Origin: Anthoceros angustus
Lineage: Eukaryota > Plantae > Anthocerotophyta
Direction: 5' to 3'
NCBI GenBank assembly: GCA_010909165.1
Contig: MU008153.1
Coordinates: 1-64,000, forward strand
Length of the DNA: 64,000 nt
The translations under genes were made by a program, and so were the position numbers. This document shows, piece by piece, positions 12,500 through 24,487 of this stretch. Every line of letters begins with the position of its first letter. Within the stretch, counting starts at the first letter, position 1. The notes beneath the pieces were generated by a model. That model saw only the letters and a program-made list of their open reading frames with translations. It was not told where the DNA came from and did not search any database.

Positions 12500-13036
12500 T
12501 GCCTCTCGCAGCAGCAGAGCAGGCGTACCCTAAGCGAGAGGCTGGATACGATGACGCAGCAAGACTGAACTTGTCACCAAAAAGACTTGACGAGACTCTG
12601 GTACGTGATGTACCCTGCTGCACAAGTGCATGAATGTACTTTGATTCCATCTGATCCAATGCCATACCATGCACACAAATTTTGCCACGCTTTCCTCTTT
12701 GAGCAGAGAGCGGCAGGCGTGGTGTGTATGCTGTTTCCAGAAGTCTCGAAATGAGGGAAGAGGGAAACGTGAGGGGACCTTTCACTTAATGGAAATGACA
12801 TCTTTCATCGGGTTCGTCTGTGCAAACATGCATGCCGAGGAGGATGATATGTAACATTCTGGATCACACTTGCTGAGGCTGCTCTCTCAGGACTCCAGAA
12901 GTGCTGGATCTCCCGTTCCTGACCAGGAATTGAAAGCACCAGGTTGCATTCTTGACAAGCCTGTTCTTCACAGCCTGCAGCTGGGGGCAAACCGAGGCTC
13001 TCCTTGCAAGCCATTCCTTGCTCAGCACGTGCTCTC

Positions 13037-13794
13037 TCACGCTTGCAAACCTTCCGACATCTCCTGTCCTGCAATCTGGAAACCAAATACATCCGCAAAG
13101 CACTGGATGAGCTGTTCCGTCACAAAATCCTGGGCCGGCTGTTCTGCAACTTCTCTTTCCAGCGATGTCACCTCCATGTCAAGCCCGCACGGCACAATGT
13201 GGGAGAAGAAGCCCAAATCCGGCCGGATGTTGAAGGCCAGCCCATGGGAAGTGAACCCCCCTCCAGAAATCCTCACTCCAATGGCGCCGATCTTCCTGTC
13301 TCCCACCCACACCCCGGTCCGCTTCTCCATCCTCCCCTGCGCCAGCACGCCCTGCAGCCCGGCTGCCCGGATCATCACGTCCTCCAGGCCTTCCACGTAT
13401 CTGAGATCCCACCACGTTCTTCCATCAGACCTCGGTTTCCTTGCTTCCTTCCAATTCTGCCTGCATCTTACCTGCGGGCTCCGAGACGCAAGTCCCTGAG
13501 AGAGAGGATGGGATACAGCACGGCCTGGCCGGGGCCGTGGAACGTGATGTCTCCCCCGCGGTCCGTGAAATGCAGCTCCGCTCCCAGAGCAGCCAGCTCG
13601 TCGGGACCCTTCTTCAGGCTGTCCAAAGCTCCCCGCTTTCCAACCGTGTAAGTGGGCGGGTGTTGCAGTGAGAGCAGCGTGTCAAAGATGATCCCCTCCC
13701 GCCTCTGCGCTACCAGGTCACTCTGCAGTGCCACGGCGTCCAAGTACCTGACCAGGCCCAGCCGCCTCACCACCAGCTTCCTCGCAGCTGCCAT
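13037..13794 (-). CDS. LIP2: Octanoyltransferase LIP2/LipB, 2 exons
   Basis: Exons 13794-13472 and 13400-13037. Motifs LQHPPTYTVGKR, TDRGGDITFHGPGQAVLYPI, KIGAIGV, SHGLAFN, IVPCGL. Confidence 0.95.
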
Positions 13795-14479
13795 GGGAGG
13801 GTGCCAAAGGTGAAAAGGCTCTAGAACTGCGGGCGAGTACCATTCATGCGCGATATGGGTTTACTCCCCGGCGCTGTGATGCTGGTAGTGGCTGGAGTTG
13901 GGATAGGAAAGCTGGACGACGGGGATTGTGTAGATGGTGGCATCTTGTGGGTCTGTGAGGCCATGGTGGAGTGACAATGAAATGTGGGGGTGTTGGGGGC
14001 CGCTTAGTTGCGTCCAGCCTGAGGAAGGCGAGCAAGCAGGAATGGTGCAGACAGCTGTCTTCGCTGCAGGGTGGGTCTGTCTTGTCCGTTGCAATTCAGC
14101 TGTCTTGTTCGAGAATGAGGTCTCTGATGTTGCGTTCATCTGGCTTTGCAGTTGAGAAATCTGGTCGGGAGGTGGTGCAGGGCAGGTTTCTTGGTGGTGC
14201 TTCGAAATGGTGGGAGAGCAGGTTGAGTCAGGTAGTTTGATTGGGTGGCGTTCACCGACTGTGGGGAGCAGAATGACTTTACATGCTGTGCAGGACGCGG
14301 CAAGGGAGTTCGTTGGGGAGTATCAGAGTGTGCAACCGGGTCTCAGTCTGGACGGGTGCTTGACAGCAGTTGACCACCATGGGGTTAAGCTGGGAGCTCA
14401 ACTTCAGGACTTTGGGAGGTCCAAGTTTCTTCCGCCAGCCTCATTCTGCCAATTTTTTTGGTCTTGAGGTCTTGTAGAG

Positions 14480-17400
14480 ATGTTGAGATTCTCCATGAGG
14501 GAATGGAGTGCTTTCTGTCTTGTTTTCACAATCCCCTCTTGCAGGACAGCGAGGTGTGAACGGGCTCTACAGTCATGGACTGGAAGCAGGCAGTCCAGGG
14601 AGGGACAGCTGAATGCTGCCGTTGAAGTGCTGGACGCTCTGGTGCGGGAAGGGTTTTATGCTCCAGCATTGCTCTGGTATCATGTCCTCAGCATGTGCGT
14701 TGTCGAAAAGGATATATCTGTTGCCGAGCATGTCCATGCTCTTACTCTGGAAGGTGGGCAGGAGTCAAACACATTCGTGGCCAATCATGTTATCCGTATG
14801 TATGCTTCTCATGGCAGGTTGCAGCAGGCAGTGCAAGTGTTTTCCAGTCTGGCTGTTCCAGACTCCTCAATGTGGGCTTCCATTATTCTGGCACATGCTG
14901 GGCAAGGGCAGCCTGCAGAGGCCATCAGAATGTATCAGCAGATGCGGCACTCGGTGGTGAAGCCCAATAACTATGCTTTCATGGCAGCCCTGAAAGCATG
15001 TTCGTGTGCACTGGATTTTGCTACAGGGAAGCAGGTCCACGCTGATGTTTTGGAGAGCATTGTCGAGCCCAATCTGTTTGTTGGCAACTGCCTCGTGGAC
15101 ATGTATGCAAAATGTGGGGGCTTGGAGTATGCCCGCCGAGTGTTTGACAGGTTGCCCAGTAGGAATGTGGTTACGTGGAACACCATGATTGCCGGATATG
15201 TTCAGCAGGGATTTGCACAAGAGGCCCTTGCTCTTTACGCCTCCATGCCAAAGGATGGCAGCATTTCAGCCAATCGTGTAACATATGTGTGTCTATTGAA
15301 AGCGTGCGCTAGCGTTAGAGCCTTAAGTGAAGGAAAGAAGCTTCATTACCAGATTCAAGGCACAGAATGGGAATCTGACGTGGTTGTTGGCAGCAGCTTG
15401 GTGGACATGTATGCCAAATGCGGGACGTTACAGGATGCTCGCAGAGTGTTTAACATGATGCCCGCTAGAGATGTTGTGACCTGGACAGCCTTGATTGCTG
15501 GATATTCTCAACAAGGACTTGCTCAAGAAGCCCTGACCCTGTATGCAAGTATGAGAAAGGAGGGTGTCAGTACAGCTAGTCATATCACATTTGCGTGTGT
15601 CCTAAAAGCATGCGCCAGTTTGGGAGCTCTTCGCGAAGGAAGGGAGCTTCACATTCAGATCCAGGACAAGGGAATGGAGTTTGATGAGGTTGTCAGCAAT
15701 AGCCTTGTGGATATGTACACACAATGTGGCAGCCTTCAAGATGCTCGGGGACTGTTTGATAGGTTGCCTGTGAAAGGTTTGGTGGCATGGAATGCCCTAG
15801 CTAGAGGATATGCTCAGCAAGGGCTCCCTCAAGAAGCCCTTACTCTGTACGCAAGGATGCGCCAGGAGGATGTGCTTGTCAGTTATGGTACCTCTGTGTG
15901 CCTCTTAAAGGCATGTGCCAGCATTTGTGCATTACATGAAGGACGACAGCTACATTTGCAGCTTGAGCGAAGAGGACTTGCAGCGGATCTTGTTATTGGG
16001 AGTAGCCTAATAGATATGTATGCAAAGTGTGGGAGCCTAGAGGATGCTCAGAGTGTTTAACATGATGCCCGCTAGAGATGTTGTGACCTGGACAGCCTTG
16101 ATTGCTGGATATTCTCAACAAGGACTTGCTCAAGAAGCCCTGACCCTGTATGCAAGTATGAGAAAGGAGGGTGTCAGTACAGCTAGTCATATCACATTTG
16201 CGTGTGTCCTAAAAGCATGCCAGTTTGGGAGCTCTTGCGAAGGAAGGGAGCTTCACATTCAGATCCAGGACAAGGGAATGGAGTTTGATGAGGTTGTCAG
16301 CAATAGCCTTGTGGATATGTACACACAATGTGGCAGCCTTCAAGATGCTCGGGGACTGTTTGATAGGTTGCCTGTGAAAGGTTTGGTGGCATGGAATGCC
16401 CTAGCTAGAGGATATGCTCAGCAAGGGCTCCCTCAAGAAGCCCTTACTCTATGCAAGGATGCGCCAGGAGGATGTGCTTGTCAGTTATGGTACCTCTGTG
16501 TGCCTCTTAAAGGCATGTGCCAGCATTTGTGCATTACATGAAGGACGACAGCTACATTTGCAGCTTGAGCGAAGAGGACTTGCAGCGGATCTTGTTATTG
16601 GGAGTAGCCTAATAGATATGTATGCAAAGTGTGGGAGCCTAGAGGATGCTCGCAGAGTGTTTGATAGCTTGCCTGTTAAAAATGTGGTGACATGGACTGC
16701 CATAATTTCAGGGTATGCACAGCACGGGGTTGCTCAGGAAGCTCTTGCCCTTTACACAAGTATGCAACAGGAAGGTATCACACCAGCTGATTGTGTCTTG
16801 TTCATGTGCCTCCTGAAAGCATGTGCTAGCATCGGCGCTTTGCGTGAGGGAAAGGAACTGCATACCCAGATTCAAGAACATGGGCTGGAGACCAATTTGG
16901 ATGTTGCAAATAGCCTGATTGACATGTATGCAAAGTGTGGGAGCTTGGAGGATGCCTGCAGTGTGTTTGACAGATTAACAACAAAAGATGTCGTGACTTG
17001 GACTGCCCTCATTTCAGGACTTTCCCACCACGGGCTTGGTGAAGAGGCTCTTAGTGTTTATGCAAGTATGCGGGATGAGGGCATCATACCAGCAAATAAT
17101 GTAACCCTTGTATGCCTTTTAAAAGCATGCGGCAGCATTGGAGCTCTAGATCAGGGGAAATGGATTCACTCCCTGATTCATGACAGAGGACTAGACGCTG
17201 AAATGGTTCTTGGCAACTGTTTGGTGGATATGTATGCAAAATGTGGGAGCTTGGAAGATGCGCGTGGAGTGTTTGACAGATTGCCTGTAAGAGATGTCAT
17301 GATATGGACAGCCATGATAGCAGGATATGCTCTGCACGGACCAGCTGAGGAGGCCCTTATCCTTTATGCTAGTATGCAAAAGGAAAGTCTTGTTCCAGCG

Positions 17401-18501
17401 GACCATGTGACATTTGTATGCCTTCTAAAAGCATGTGCTGCTGTTGGGGCTCTACATCAAGGGAAGCAGCTTCATATTCAGATCCAGGAAAGAGGCTTTG
17501 AGAGCAAAGTGGTTGTGGGCAACAGCCTGGTGGATATGTATGCGAAATGTGGGAGCTTAAAGGATGCCCGTGTCACATTTGATAGATTACCAACAAGAAA
17601 TGTGGTGACCTGGAATACTTTGCTGGCTGGTTACAGCCAACATAACGATGGGAGAATGGCAATCCAGTGTTTCCAAGAGATGCTGCAGCATGGGGTCGTG
17701 CCTGATGACTCTACTTTCCTTTGTCTTCTTGTGGCATGCAGTCGCAGGGGCCTAGTTGATGAGGGGCTTCAGTTCTTCAACAAAATGGTCCATGAGTATG
17801 GCATAAATCCTACAGATTCTCACTATAATTGCTTGGTTGACCTTCTTGGGCGGTCAGGCCGCTTAGATGATGCGGAAAGTATCTTGCAAACCATGCCGAG
17901 CCCCAACAATATTGTCGGCTGGATATCTTTGCTTAGCTCCTGCAAGGTCTATGGTGATATTGATCGAGGAACTCGCTGTTTTGACCATATCGTTGGAGTT
18001 GAACCCCAACATTCTGCTGCATATGTGCTGCTGGGAAATACCTTTGCAAATGCTGGTAGGTGGCGGGATGTGGAGAGGATAGAGGCTTTGAGAAAGGCAG
18101 CAGGTGCTTGCAAGAAGCCTGCAAGGGCCTGGATTGAGGTGAACGGCAAGGTTCAGGCATTTACTGTGGGACAAGATAGTGATGACGTCTTGTCCAAGCT
18201 AAGGAGTGTCAATCATCACTTAAATGCTGGAGGACCAAAACTGGTTTCTGAAACTGACAAGGAAGATGCTTTGTGTGGACATGCTGAGAAACTGGCATTG
18301 GCTTATGGTCTACTGAACACTGCAGATGGCACAACTTTACTTGTCACCAAGAACCTCCGTATGTGTAATGACTGCCACATTGGCACTAAGATCATGTCAA
18401 GAGTTGAAAAGAGAGAGATCATAGTCAGGGACGCACATTGTGTTCACCGTTTTGTGAATGGATTTTGTTCTTGTGGCGATAGTCAATCGTCAGTTTGCTG
18501 A
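14480..18501 (+). CDS. PLS-class PPR protein with E domains and a DYW:KP-type deaminase domain (candidate organellar U-to-C editing factor); split into three ORFs by four small indels
   Basis: About 11 P-L-S triplets (repeated [12 protein letters not shown] / VVTWTALI / TFVCLLKAC), then KKPARAWIEV, LCGHAEKLALAYGLL, NLRMCNDCH, HRFVNGFCSC. Restoring 7 nt lost in 16050-16455 gives one 1342-aa frame. Confidence 0.9.
15443..16653 (+). repeat. Two-copy tandem duplication (609-nt unit, two PLS triplets) inside the PPR gene
   Basis: 15443-16049 is repeated at 16050-16653 and is near-identical apart from four small deletions; breakpoint lies in the shared GGATGCTCGCAGAGTGTTT. Confidence 0.92.
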
Positions 18502-19044
18502 GACCCTTTGCGCTATTCTGGTAAACGCTATATGACAATTGAGGGCTTGACCATCACGCTCGAGTGATCTGGAACCGAGAGGAGGAGTCTTTTATCTAGG
18601 CAGGAGTTTGGGGACGCAGCCTGTGAAGGAATTCCTTACTTCCTGCCTACGGGCGTTGCTTTCCACAGTGGTCCTGGCCTCACAGCCTGGGAGCTGGTGC
18701 CCAGGGATGGCGGATTGGTAGCGATGGAACATCGGCCCACATCCTGCTCGTGCACCGGAGAGGTAATGAGCATGACTTTGGCTGATACCTTGGTGGCATC
18801 TCCCAGCTTCCAGCACCTTTGATTCGCCCTGCAACCAGAAGCCTTCAGCTGGGGAGCAGTAGCAGGTACGTGTTGGAGTTTCGTGCTTCGGTATCTGTGA
18901 AGTGGTGCAGCTTGAGGGGCAGGAGGAGAATGTGGATGATCAGCATCGCTTTGATGGCAATTGTGTGTGCCATTAATTAGGGTGTTGAAGATGCGTTGAA
19001 CAAGCAGAACTCTTGAGCTTTCTACAAGTAGGAGCCCTTGGATG

Positions 19045-19205
19045 TGAGTATGCTGTTCCTTCCCCTCACGCAAACCGCGGATTCTGGCACACGCTTTCAG
19101 GAGGCAAATGAACAAGACACCATGAGCGGGTGAGATGCCCTTCCTGTTGCATACTTTTCAGAGAGGGCAAGAGCTTCCTGAGCGTGCTGTGCATACCCTG
19201 AAATC
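19045..19205 (-). pseudogene. PPR fragment derived from the neighbouring DYW:KP gene (about 16708-16875)
   Basis: Reverse complement TCAGGGTATGCACAGCACGCTCAGGAAGCTCTTGCCC...TGCCTCCTGAAAGC matches the intact gene. Confidence 0.85.
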
Positions 19206-19207
19206 AT

Positions 19208-19300
19208 AGCAGTGGTCTCCTGTAAAGAAAAACCTCATCCCAGCAGTCTGATCAAGATGCTGCTTCGTAGCCATGGACATCATGCCAGCTCATGGTGGCT
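19208..19300 (+). pseudogene. PPO 3'-end remnant (last codons, stop and 3' UTR of a PPO1-type gene)
   Basis: CCCAGCAGTCTGATCAAGATGCTGCTTCGTAGCCATGG matches the PPO1 end (QQSDQDAAW*) at about 34855-34930. Confidence 0.85.
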
Positions 19301-19959
19301 CCCATGCTTTCTCTTTGCACTACACCTTTTCTAGCTCTGTGATCAGCGGTTCATGAAGTCAGGCGCTAACTTGGTATTTGTGCAGAAACGACAAGGATCA
19401 ATTATACATGACGGCATCAGTAGAGGAGTTATTAACATCTGCTAGCAAATAGAGGCCACCATATGAGCATGCCTGCAGTTTGTGTGTGGCAAAGTGGCTC
19501 AGCTTTCGAGGGTCCTGCAGTCCGAGGCGAGGCTGGAAGTTGTACTGGGAGGAATCCAACGCTTCCCAAGATATTCTGTGGTAAAGAAATTCGATACAGC
19601 ACATCCATGTTCTTTTTAATTAGCGTAATATGACTTGTAAATAAATAATAATAAATTTACACCTAAAAATCCCCAAGTAAAGGTTTTCCGGAAACTGGTA
19701 GAAACATGAGCCAGGTTGTTAAGACACAGCAACCAAAACGAAAACCGAAACCCCACAGCACCCTGGATAGATAGCAAGGAGCTGCATATCCATGCAGGAG
19801 CTGCAGGATGTTGGGGATAGAAGAAAAACTATTCAGGCTACAAAAACTATCTAACAAAAACTATTCAAGCTACAAAAACTATTCAAGGTTTTTGCATCCA
19901 TCATCTTTGGTTCGTAAGACCTTGGGAGCTAGGCTAGTGTAAATCTTATTATGCTGGTT

Positions 19960-20539
19960 ATGACCATGACACATATACATTTGAGATTGATATTGTTGTT
20001 GCTACTTCGTCTCAAGCCTTTGTTATTGCTGTTGTGGATATTCAATGCGCCTTAAAGCTTCTACCTCATATACACTTAGCGTTGCGACAGACATTGTGAT
20101 AAGTGGGACAGGTCTTGAGGCCAGCTTGTTCTCACTTGGACATGGTAGGTGGGTAAAGACTTGGACTTCATTTAACTTTCAACCGATTACAACATTTGTA
20201 GCGGGAAAGGGACAAAGATTGTTCTCACACGATGCAGATGTTGTAGTTCCACAACTATTTGAAACAGAACTACAACTATGTCTACAAGAGGCCCGACAAA
20301 TTCTAGATGAGGAGTGCCCCATAAATCGACATCAAGGACAAATCACAATGAGAATCGATGAGCAAGATCAAAGCGATGGAGTGCCCACACGATGCCCTAT
20401 TTCACAAGCCGCAGCAACTTGCACTCTCGCTTTTTCTCCATACGAATCATTTCTTTATGCCTTTTTTGACTGCACCGTTGAAAATTGTTTCAACTATTTT
20501 CCTCATAGTCATATATTTATAGCTGGTGTTCGTTCATAA
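19960..20539 (+). pseudogene. Orphan secreted protein, copy A (two frameshifts near the N-terminus)
   Basis: MTMTHIHLRLILLLLLRL signal-like start, then out of frame. The body ATDIVISG..SLGHGRWVK..FVAGKGQRLF..PQLFE.ELQLCL.EAR..LD.ECP is collinear with copies B and C. Confidence 0.75.
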
Positions 20540-21582
20540 TACTTTAAGTACTGTAACAATTCAAAGATTTATTCTTCAAGCACTATAAAAGGGAAAATTG
20601 TCAAGTGTGACATTTATATTGGCACTATGGAGGAAGTTATGAGCAATTCTCATGAAGACAAACCGGAGATACAACGTTCTATTGGCATTTCAAAAGGAAA
20701 ACCTATCAGAAAATCAAGTGACCTAAGTTGATACGAATTCAGTTTTGTTTATGATGATAAACATTCTTAGTATATATTAGTCCTTCCTAATTTTATGTAA
20801 AGAATAATTTTTGAGTATAATACTATTAATTGATTTTATTGGTAATGCTAGACTTATTGACAATATTAATAAGTACTTTAGAAATACATCATATTCTTGT
20901 GTAACCCGCGTAAATATTTGTAACAAGTATTAAAAATAATATGTATGTGTAACCTAGAATATGATGCCGATTAGGATATTCCATGTACTAAATTTATGAT
21001 CTGAAAATTTGGAGATCTTTAAGGCACTAAAATTCAAAAATATTTTACTATTTTTTGTCATTGCTAAACTACATTTTTTTCTCCCCACATTTCGTAAAGG
21101 TCACACTTTGCTGGCCTTTAGTGCTTCCTACATCATTTACGTTCCTCTCATGATTTAGAAGACCTATCACCTCCATTCCAATTTATTGTTTGTAGGACTT
21201 ATACCAAGTTACATGTTAAATATTATCTTGTAAATCATTTATATATCTAGCTTAAAGTTTGTAGGACTTACATGCCAAGTTGTTTTTGAAGCTCATGATT
21301 TGTAGGACTTGCACTTCTACGGTGTGATACTTAATTATCACTTATATACCAAGTCGTTTTGGAAGCTCTTGGTTTTGTTGGCCTTATTACTTAAATGCTT
21401 TAAACTTTGATAATATCATGATTTTAGGTTATCCATCAATATGTGAAGTCTAGCTTTTACATATATACATATCATCTTTCTTCTAGTCATTCAATGTCAG
21501 TTGATATTAGGTGCACAAAATAACACACTCACTTTTACACTACTTGAAAATATATGCTTAAATTTTTATATAATTAGATTTA

Positions 21583-22173
21583 TTATGAACGAATAGCTGG
21601 TACATAAATGGTCACATGAGGGAAAAAGTTGAAACAACCATCAGTAACGCAATCATAAAAGGTATAAAGAAATGATTCATAAGGAGAAAAAGCGAGAGTG
21701 CAAGTTGCATTTGCTTTTGTCACGGGACACCGAGTGGGTACCTCATCGTGTTGATTTTGCTCATCTATTCTTATTATGACATGTCCTTGATATCGATTCA
21801 TAGGGCACTCTTTATCAAGAACTCGTCGAGCCTCTAGCAGACATAGTTGTAGTTCTAATTCGTATAGTTGTGGAACCACAACATCTATGTCACGTGGAAA
21901 TAATCTTTGTCCCTTTCCTGCTACAAATGTTGTTACGGGTTGGTATTTGATAAAACTCCAAGCCTTCACCCACCTACCATGTCCAAGTGAAAATAATGTC
22001 GACCGGAGACCATTGCCACTAATCACAATATCTGTTGCAGTACGTCGACGCGTATCAAGTTTTATGTCTACATCTCCTACTGGTGCACATTCAATATCTA
22101 GAACCGTGTAAGCTAAACTTTGATAAAGACGAAGCAGTAATAGCAATAGTAATCTTCGATGTGCACTTGTCAT
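21583..22173 (-). CDS. Orphan secreted protein, copy B (196 aa, intact, 7 Cys in the mature part, no recognised domain)
   Basis: Single-exon ORF with signal peptide MTSAHRRLLLLLLLRLYQSLA; conserved across three paralogues in the window. Confidence 0.8.
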   Translation of the reverse strand: MTSAHRRLLLLLLLRLYQSLAYTVLDIECAPVGDVDIKLDTRRRTATDIVISGNGLRSTLFSLGHGRWVKAWSFIKYQPVTTFVAGKGQRLFPRDIDVVVPQLYELELQLCLLEARRVLDKECPMNRYQGHVIIRIDEQNQHDEVPTRCPVTKANATCTLAFSPYESFLYTFYDCVTDGCFNFFPHVTIYVPAIRS

Positions 22174-22570
22174 GGTCGTGACAAAGAAACAAAGGAAAGA
22201 TACCGGTTGTCACTAAAAAATAAAAAAAATTACAAGGAGCTAGCTCCAATGTCTCACCAATGAAAGCTCATGGATGTGCTGTATGGAGTTTCTTACAGGA
22301 CAGAACATCTTGGGAAGCGTCGGATTCCTCCCAGCAAAACATTCGTTAACTTCCAGCCTCGCCTCGGACTGCAGGACCCTTGAAAGGTGGGCCACAGCCA
22401 CCATACGTACTGCAGCACGTTAACATGGTGGCATCACTGTTTGCTAGCAGATACCCCTCTACTGGTACCGGCATGTTTGAATGATCCTTGTTGTGGTTTC
22501 TTCACAATTACCAACATGACAGATATGTGAAAGTTGTAGAGAGAATAGGACGCACAGAAGCTTGAGCTTA

Positions 22571-22659
22571 CCGTGAGCTGGCATAATATGCATGGCTACC
22601 AAGCAGCAGCTTTGATCAGACTGCTGGGACGAAGTCATTCTGGCCAGGAGACCACTGCT
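22571..22659 (-). pseudogene. PPO 3'-end remnant, second copy
   Basis: CATGGCTACCAAGCAGCAGCTTTGATCAGACTGCTGGGACGA matches about 34871-34918. Confidence 0.85.
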
Positions 22660-23175
22660 GTGATGTCAGGGTATGCACACTGGGTTGCTCAGGAAGGTCT
22701 TGCCCACTATACAATGCTAATGTGCAACAGGAAGGTATCACACCAGATGGTCTTGCTTGCTCGTTTGCCTCCTGAACGCATATACCAGCATCGGTGCTTA
22801 GCGTGAGGGAATGAAACTGGATAGCCAGATTCAAAGATTAAGGGCTAGAGACCGATTTGTATGGTGCAAATAGTCTGATTGACATGTATGCAAAGTGTGG
22901 GAGCTTGGAGGATGCCTGCAGAGGGTTTGACAGATTATCCACAAAAGATGTCGTGACATGGACTGTCCTGATTTCAAGACTTTCCGACCACGGGCTTGGT
23001 GAAGACTCTTCACACCAGAAAATAATGTGACTCTTGTATGCCTTTTAAAAGCATGGAGTAGCATTGGACCTCCAGATCAGGCGAAATGAATTCACTACCG
23101 GATCCAGGACAGAGGACTAGTAGGTGAAAATTATTGCAACCGTCTGGTGGATACGTATGCAAAATGCGGGAGCCT
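22660..23175 (+). pseudogene. PPR fragment derived from about 16708-17250 of the DYW:KP gene
   Basis: Contains GACATGTATGCAAAGTGTGGGAGCTTGGAGGATGCCTGCAG and ACAAAAGATGTCGTGAC shared with the intact gene; has deletions and stops. Confidence 0.88.
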
Positions 23176-23279
23176 GGTCTTGATTGCTGATCCTGATCAA
23201 CGACAGTCTCTAGCCTGGAATAGATGGCTGCGCACAGCTTGGCAGCATCACTGAAGGAAAGAGTCATCAGACCTCGTCC

Positions 23280-24180
23280 ACTGCCCAATAGTCATGCGCA
23301 GGGATAATCGTGTCTGGACAAGTTCTCGGGTTGTGAATCCTCTCTTTTTTCCGCTGAAACAAAACCACCTGGTGAGCAAAGAGCACCAAATGCAGCAAGC
23401 CCTTCATCCAGCAAGAACAGTCTCGTTGTTTGTCGACTGTTTTCCTTGATCTAACAAACCTGGAAAGTCTCCTATTGCTCCATGATCCTTCCCAACTCTC
23501 CACTCATCCTCCTCAACTTCCACACCCACAGCTTTCTCCTCCCACGTGCCTCTGCTCATCCCCCTGGCCTCCACCATGTTAGATTTGTCGTCATGCCATT
23601 TCTCCTCAGTGACATTCTTGTGAAAGACCGTGCTAGGCCTTGATAGTTCCTCAAGATGTGGAAATCTTTCTTCCTTCTTTCTCCGCAGCCTGACAGCCCC
23701 AGTCCTCAGCCCTGCCTCATTGCCGACATCATCATCCTCAAAAACAGCCTTCCTGACAGACTCAGCAACAGTTTCCTCTTTCCTCTCGCCATCCCGAAAC
23801 AGGCCTTCTAAGTCCTCCTCCACTTCATCCCCGGCAACGCTGGCAACGTTCTTGATACGAGGCCAATTCAACAGATGCCCTCGAAGCTGATATGCCAACT
23901 TCTCATTCTCGTCTGACGGAACTCGAAAGGCAGCAATATCATAAAACCTGGTAAAGCCACAATGTCGATGTCAGCTCCCTTGACGCATCTCTGATCCTTC
24001 GCCGATTGATCGTAGCAGCCAATGTCGTGGACGCTGGTTTCCTCCTCCCCTTCTCATTTGATTCTCTGCCCTTTATCCTTGTTTGCATCTGAATCACGTT
24101 CTCTACGGCTCTGCCTCAGAGACGGACCCAGATAGTGACCACAGAACCCACCAACTATGCTGGCATGGTGATGCCGAGTT
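23280..24180 (-). pseudogene. TRM5: 5' fragment of tRNA (guanine-37-N1)-methyltransferase, plant TRM5 type, frameshifted
   Basis: FTRFYDIAAFRVPSDENEKLAYQLRGHLLNWPRIKNVASVAGDE, then TRLFLLDE and ELVQTRLSL/HDYWAVDE across frameshifts; in-frame stop upstream; catalytic region absent. Confidence 0.75.
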
Positions 24181-24487
24181 CATCTGCGTGAAAGAGGAGA
24201 GTCCGTCTGTTTCTGGAGGAATTCCAAGACCCAAGCGAACCAGCGAACCCTGACTGTTGCCCAATCCGTGTACCAAAGGGCAGAAGGCAGAACTTCTGAT
24301 TCAGGCGTTGGGTTCCAGCACGCAGCTCAGAAATGAAAAGGAAGTTGTGAACTTCAAAAACAAAAAAGAGAAAACAGGTAGAAAGAAGCTAGTTGCCTTT
24401 GAGATTCCTTTCATCACAACAATCTCCAAAATTTAGGATAGCCAATCTAGTCTGTAAGTCTTATGGAATACCGAAGTCGTCACGGGG

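Noticed and set aside
11590-13794. Adjacent GntK- and LipB-like genes as a possible bacterial operon or HGT
   Set aside because: Both have spliceosomal introns and belong to families normally present in plant nuclear genomes
21583-22173. Orphan as a sequence-recognisable detached PPO KFDV domain
   Set aside because: Only faint resemblance (DIVISG versus LVIEG); no KFDV or EFAGSF motif. Kept only as a structural hypothesis
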